Assembly (NCBI GenBank): GCA_963845065.1
Contig: CAWJQQ010000001.1
Coordinates: forward strand, 512,001-576,000
Direction of reading: 5' to 3'
Source: Nitrospirota bacterium
Lineage (GTDB): Bacteria > Nitrospirota > UBA9217
DNA: 64,000 nucleotides
Shown here: in pieces, positions 61,269 through 64,000 of the stretch
How positions within the stretch are numbered: the stretch's first letter is position 1
Layout: each line of letters opens with the position of its first letter
Notes under the pieces: generated by a model
Told to the model about the DNA's origin: nothing
What the model saw: the letters and a program-made list of their open reading frames with translations, nothing else
Database searches by the model: none
Position numbers and translations under genes: made by a program

Positions 61269-62931
61269 CAAACTATCCGCAGAAAGCCCCTGGTTTTAAC
61301 CATGGGGATGAATGCGGAACTTTGTTTTTCGGCAATTAGTAGACAAATGTACATCTATGTGGTATATTTAAACAACCAATGCCGAATAAACCTAAAACCC
61401 CATCTTGTATCCACGAGTTTCAACTCGTAGCGACTCCAAAGGACAATCGAATGTTCGATGCCCGGCTCGAAGCTGGCCGTTATCTGTACAATGCCTGCCT
61501 TGGTGAAGCGATGAAGCGTCTTACTGCCATGCGGCGATCAGAAAAATGGCTCGTGGCGATCACGAAGAAGAAAAGCAAGCTTCGCACCAAGATGTTTAAG
61601 ACGGCCAGAACCCAGGCTGAATATACTGAATACCACCTTCATAACTACGTCGGTATCCTCCGCAATTCCTGCTGGATCAGTGAGCATATTGACAGCCTGA
61701 CCGCCCAGAAGATAGCATCTCGAGCATATAGCGCCGTCGCTGACTACGAGTTTGGGAAGCATGGCAAACCACGTTTCAAGCGCCATGGCTGGATGTCGTC
61801 CCTTGAAGGTAAAAACAACAAATCTGGTATTCGGTGGTGCGATGACCATGTGGAGTGGACTGGCCTTCGTCTCAACTGTGTCTTCGACAAGAAAGACAAG
61901 TTTGGCGTTCAGGCTCATGCACTTAGCCATGATGTCAAGTACGTTCGTCTGGTCAAGAAAACTATCCGCGGCAATCCCCGCTGGTTTGCCCAGCTTGTGC
62001 TTAAAGGCACGGCCAAGATCAAGCGTGAGAACCAGATTGGCACCGAAACCGTCGGCCTTGACATTGGCCCGTCGACAGTTGCCATCGTTGGTGATACCGA
62101 TGCGTTACTACTCGAATTTTGCCCTGAAGTCGAGATACCGTTTAAACGTATCAAGACCGTCCAGCGCAAAATGGCCAGAAGCCTTCGTGCTACCAGCCCG
62201 GGCAACTACAACGGAGACAAAACCATCAAAACGGGTAAAAAACAGTGGGTCTTTTCTGTTCAATACCGTATTCTTAAAGCTAATCTCGCCGAACTTCAAA
62301 GAATCCTTGCTGAAACCAGAAAACGGTCTCATGGCAAGCTCGTGAACAAAGTCCTCACTCTCGGTACCGACATCAAAACCGAGAAACTGTCGTACAAAGC
62401 ATTTCAGAAACTCTATGGTAAAAGTATTTCGCGACGAGCTCCGGGGATGTTTATGTCGATACTTCACCACAAAGCCGAAAACGCTGGCGGTAAAGTAACC
62501 GAGTTTTCTACCCGGAGCACAAAGCTTTCCCAGACATGCCATTGCGGAACAGTAGCCAAAAAATCATTGTCCCAAAGATGGCATGCCTGCAACTGCGGGG
62601 TAAGCACCCAGCGTGATCTCTATTCCGCATTCCTTGCAAAGCATGTTTCTAACGATGTCCTCGACACGCGTCAGGCTGCCAAAGCCTGGCCGGGTGCAAA
62701 CCTGCTCCTGGAACGGGCGGTGTTGGGGGTGCAGCATGAAGCGGCAAAGGGTCGAATTCATCCAACCAGCTTCGGTATCAAGCAAGAGAACACCACGAAC
62801 CGGAGACAGAGCTGCTCGTCCGTTAAAGGCGGATCAACGACAGTCGAGGCCGACAACGTTCGTATTGTTGCCGGAGAGCCTGTCGGTACAGCCGCTAGAA
62901 CCCCCTGGCTTTAGACATGGGGAGTGGTCAG
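61269..62931 (+). mobile_element. IS200/IS605-family TnpB-only element with IS608-like ends
   Basis: Left end TTAC|CAAACT..AAAG-CCCCTGGTTTTAACCATGGGG; right end GAAC-CCCCTGGCTTTAGACATGGGG-AGTGG-TCAG. Confidence 0.85.
61379..62914 (+). CDS. tnpB: RNA-guided endonuclease TnpB
   Basis: RuvC-I GLDIG, RuvC-II KTEKL, zinc finger CHC..CNC, RuvC-III QRDLYSA. Confidence 0.92.
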   Translation: MPNKPKTPSCIHEFQLVATPKDNRMFDARLEAGRYLYNACLGEAMKRLTAMRRSEKWLVAITKKKSKLRTKMFKTARTQAEYTEYHLHNYVGILRNSCWISEHIDSLTAQKIASRAYSAVADYEFGKHGKPRFKRHGWMSSLEGKNNKSGIRWCDDHVEWTGLRLNCVFDKKDKFGVQAHALSHDVKYVRLVKKTIRGNPRWFAQLVLKGTAKIKRENQIGTETVGLDIGPSTVAIVGDTDALLLEFCPEVEIPFKRIKTVQRKMARSLRATSPGNYNGDKTIKTGKKQWVFSVQYRILKANLAELQRILAETRKRSHGKLVNKVLTLGTDIKTEKLSYKAFQKLYGKSISRRAPGMFMSILHHKAENAGGKVTEFSTRSTKLSQTCHCGTVAKKSLSQRWHACNCGVSTQRDLYSAFLAKHVSNDVLDTRQAAKAWPGANLLLERAVLGVQHEAAKGRIHPTSFGIKQENTTNRRQSCSSVKGGSTTVEADNVRIVAGEPVGTAARTPWL

Positions 62932-63186
62932 AAGGGCAATGTTAGGTAGGTGTCGCTTTTGGTTCAGCACTAAATCTCCGCCCGTTCAATGCTCATAAAA
63001 ATAAATTTGGGATACGGATGATTGATGAATTTGAATTCAATGGGCAGAAATGCTGTACCCTTGTCTTTGCGGTGGAACCCAAAGAACGATAGAGATTGAG
63101 TTGCAGGTTAGCATTAAAAGACAAGAAAGGGGCTAAATGTGAATCATGTTTCAACGCAAACTCAATATGAATCCAGTAATCCCATT

Positions 63187-63987
63187 CTAAAAGCGGTAGG
63201 ACACAAGAACGCCTCTATCCTTCCCGTCTATGAATGGCACAAAACTCAGATTATTTTGCTTAGAATGGGCAGCAACCACCGCTTTACTTGTAAAATAACC
63301 TATTACCGACCCTACAAAAACATCGGATGACCAATGATCATTGTTATGTATCCGTTCGAGGGCTATGAGCGTGGATGCACCGTATACTAATAGAGGAACA
63401 ATCATGTTATCATACTCGATAGCAACAACGGTGGCTATTGCAAATGCTGAAGAGGCATCACCTGACGGAAATGAGTGGTATTCATCATTGGTCATAAATC
63501 CATACCACGTGTTGTGCGAATCCCCGGTATAGGGACGAGCCCTCCCCGTTGTGTATTTCAAGCTCTCAACAAAAAAACCACTAATGACTAAACTCTCGGT
63601 GGACAATAGAAATGTTGTTTTGGCTTTTTCGTCTGAAGAAATGTATCCGTAAGCACCAAAAACTGCCAAGGCAGGTACAGATAAAGTGTATATATTCGAC
63701 GCATCGTCTGCCAAACGCTGAGTTGTAGCATTCTTGTGATTTTGAACCCATGACTTAACTTTGCCATCTTGTGTGTACAAACCTACAGCAATACCCGTAA
63801 TGAGGGATGCCTCCAGCCAGTCAGATGGATTCCAGCATGCTGGCGATGTTAAGATATCCTCGGTATCTGTCAAATAGCCAGTGAAATAATCCATATTAAG
63901 ATGAACCGTTGTTGTCCCTGGGTATGGCAATTGGGTATTTTCCGCTGGAACTGGCGAATTCTCAGCGGTAACAGTAGATGTAGCCAT
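63187..63987 (-). CDS. PAP2-family phosphatase (5' end probably outside the window)
   Basis: K..GRARP, SFPSGD, ERI..DHWSSDV; the C2 motif has D where H is usual. Confidence 0.85.
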   Translation of the reverse strand: MATSTVTAENSPVPAENTQLPYPGTTTVHLNMDYFTGYLTDTEDILTSPACWNPSDWLEASLITGIAVGLYTQDGKVKSWVQNHKNATTQRLADDASNIYTLSVPALAVFGAYGYISSDEKAKTTFLLSTESLVISGFFVESLKYTTGRARPYTGDSHNTWYGFMTNDEYHSFPSGDASSAFAIATVVAIEYDNMIVPLLVYGASTLIALERIHNNDHWSSDVFVGSVIGYFTSKAVVAAHSKQNNLSFVPFIDGKDRGVLVSYRF

Positions 63988-64000
63988 AACAAGAATTAGA

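Noticed and set aside
1..64000. CRISPR array, cas, retron or other defence system
   Set aside because: No regularly spaced repeats or recognisable defence genes seen; the only RT is a fragment

Overview
Bacterial chromosomal window with no rRNA, no intact tRNA and no CRISPR array. Gene content suggests an anaerobic or microaerobic Nitrospirota/Desulfobacterota-like organism (inference only). It is an accessory-rich, decaying region. 0.4-15.7 kb holds signalling genes: a solute-binding protein with a hybrid kinase, REC-GGDEF, a second hybrid kinase, an NtrB/NtrC-type pair and a sigma54-driven REC-DUF4388-Roadblock gene. 16-19.5 kb is an O2-defence cluster (ferritin-like protein, Rrf2, cydAB). 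Further on are more c-di-GMP enzymes, a selenocysteine-containing SelD, a MarR-DHA2 efflux locus and a GEMM-I-type riboswitch leading a surface lipoprotein. At 38.5-40.8 kb sits an ORF-less group II intron interrupted by an IS256 element. Then come sufCB, USP, pncB, an archaeal-type SAM synthetase, FBP aldolase/phosphatase, a tRNA-Pro 3' fragment, asnB, an asparaginase and an IS608-like TnpB-only element. Many IS relics and pseudogenes lie between these genes. The best candidates for undescribed biology are the ORF-less intron with an adjacent structured element, the sigma54 REC-DUF4388-Roadblock gene with an internal start, the divergent GEMM riboswitch and a 200-bp MITE. All calls come from reading motifs by eye; no database searches were run.
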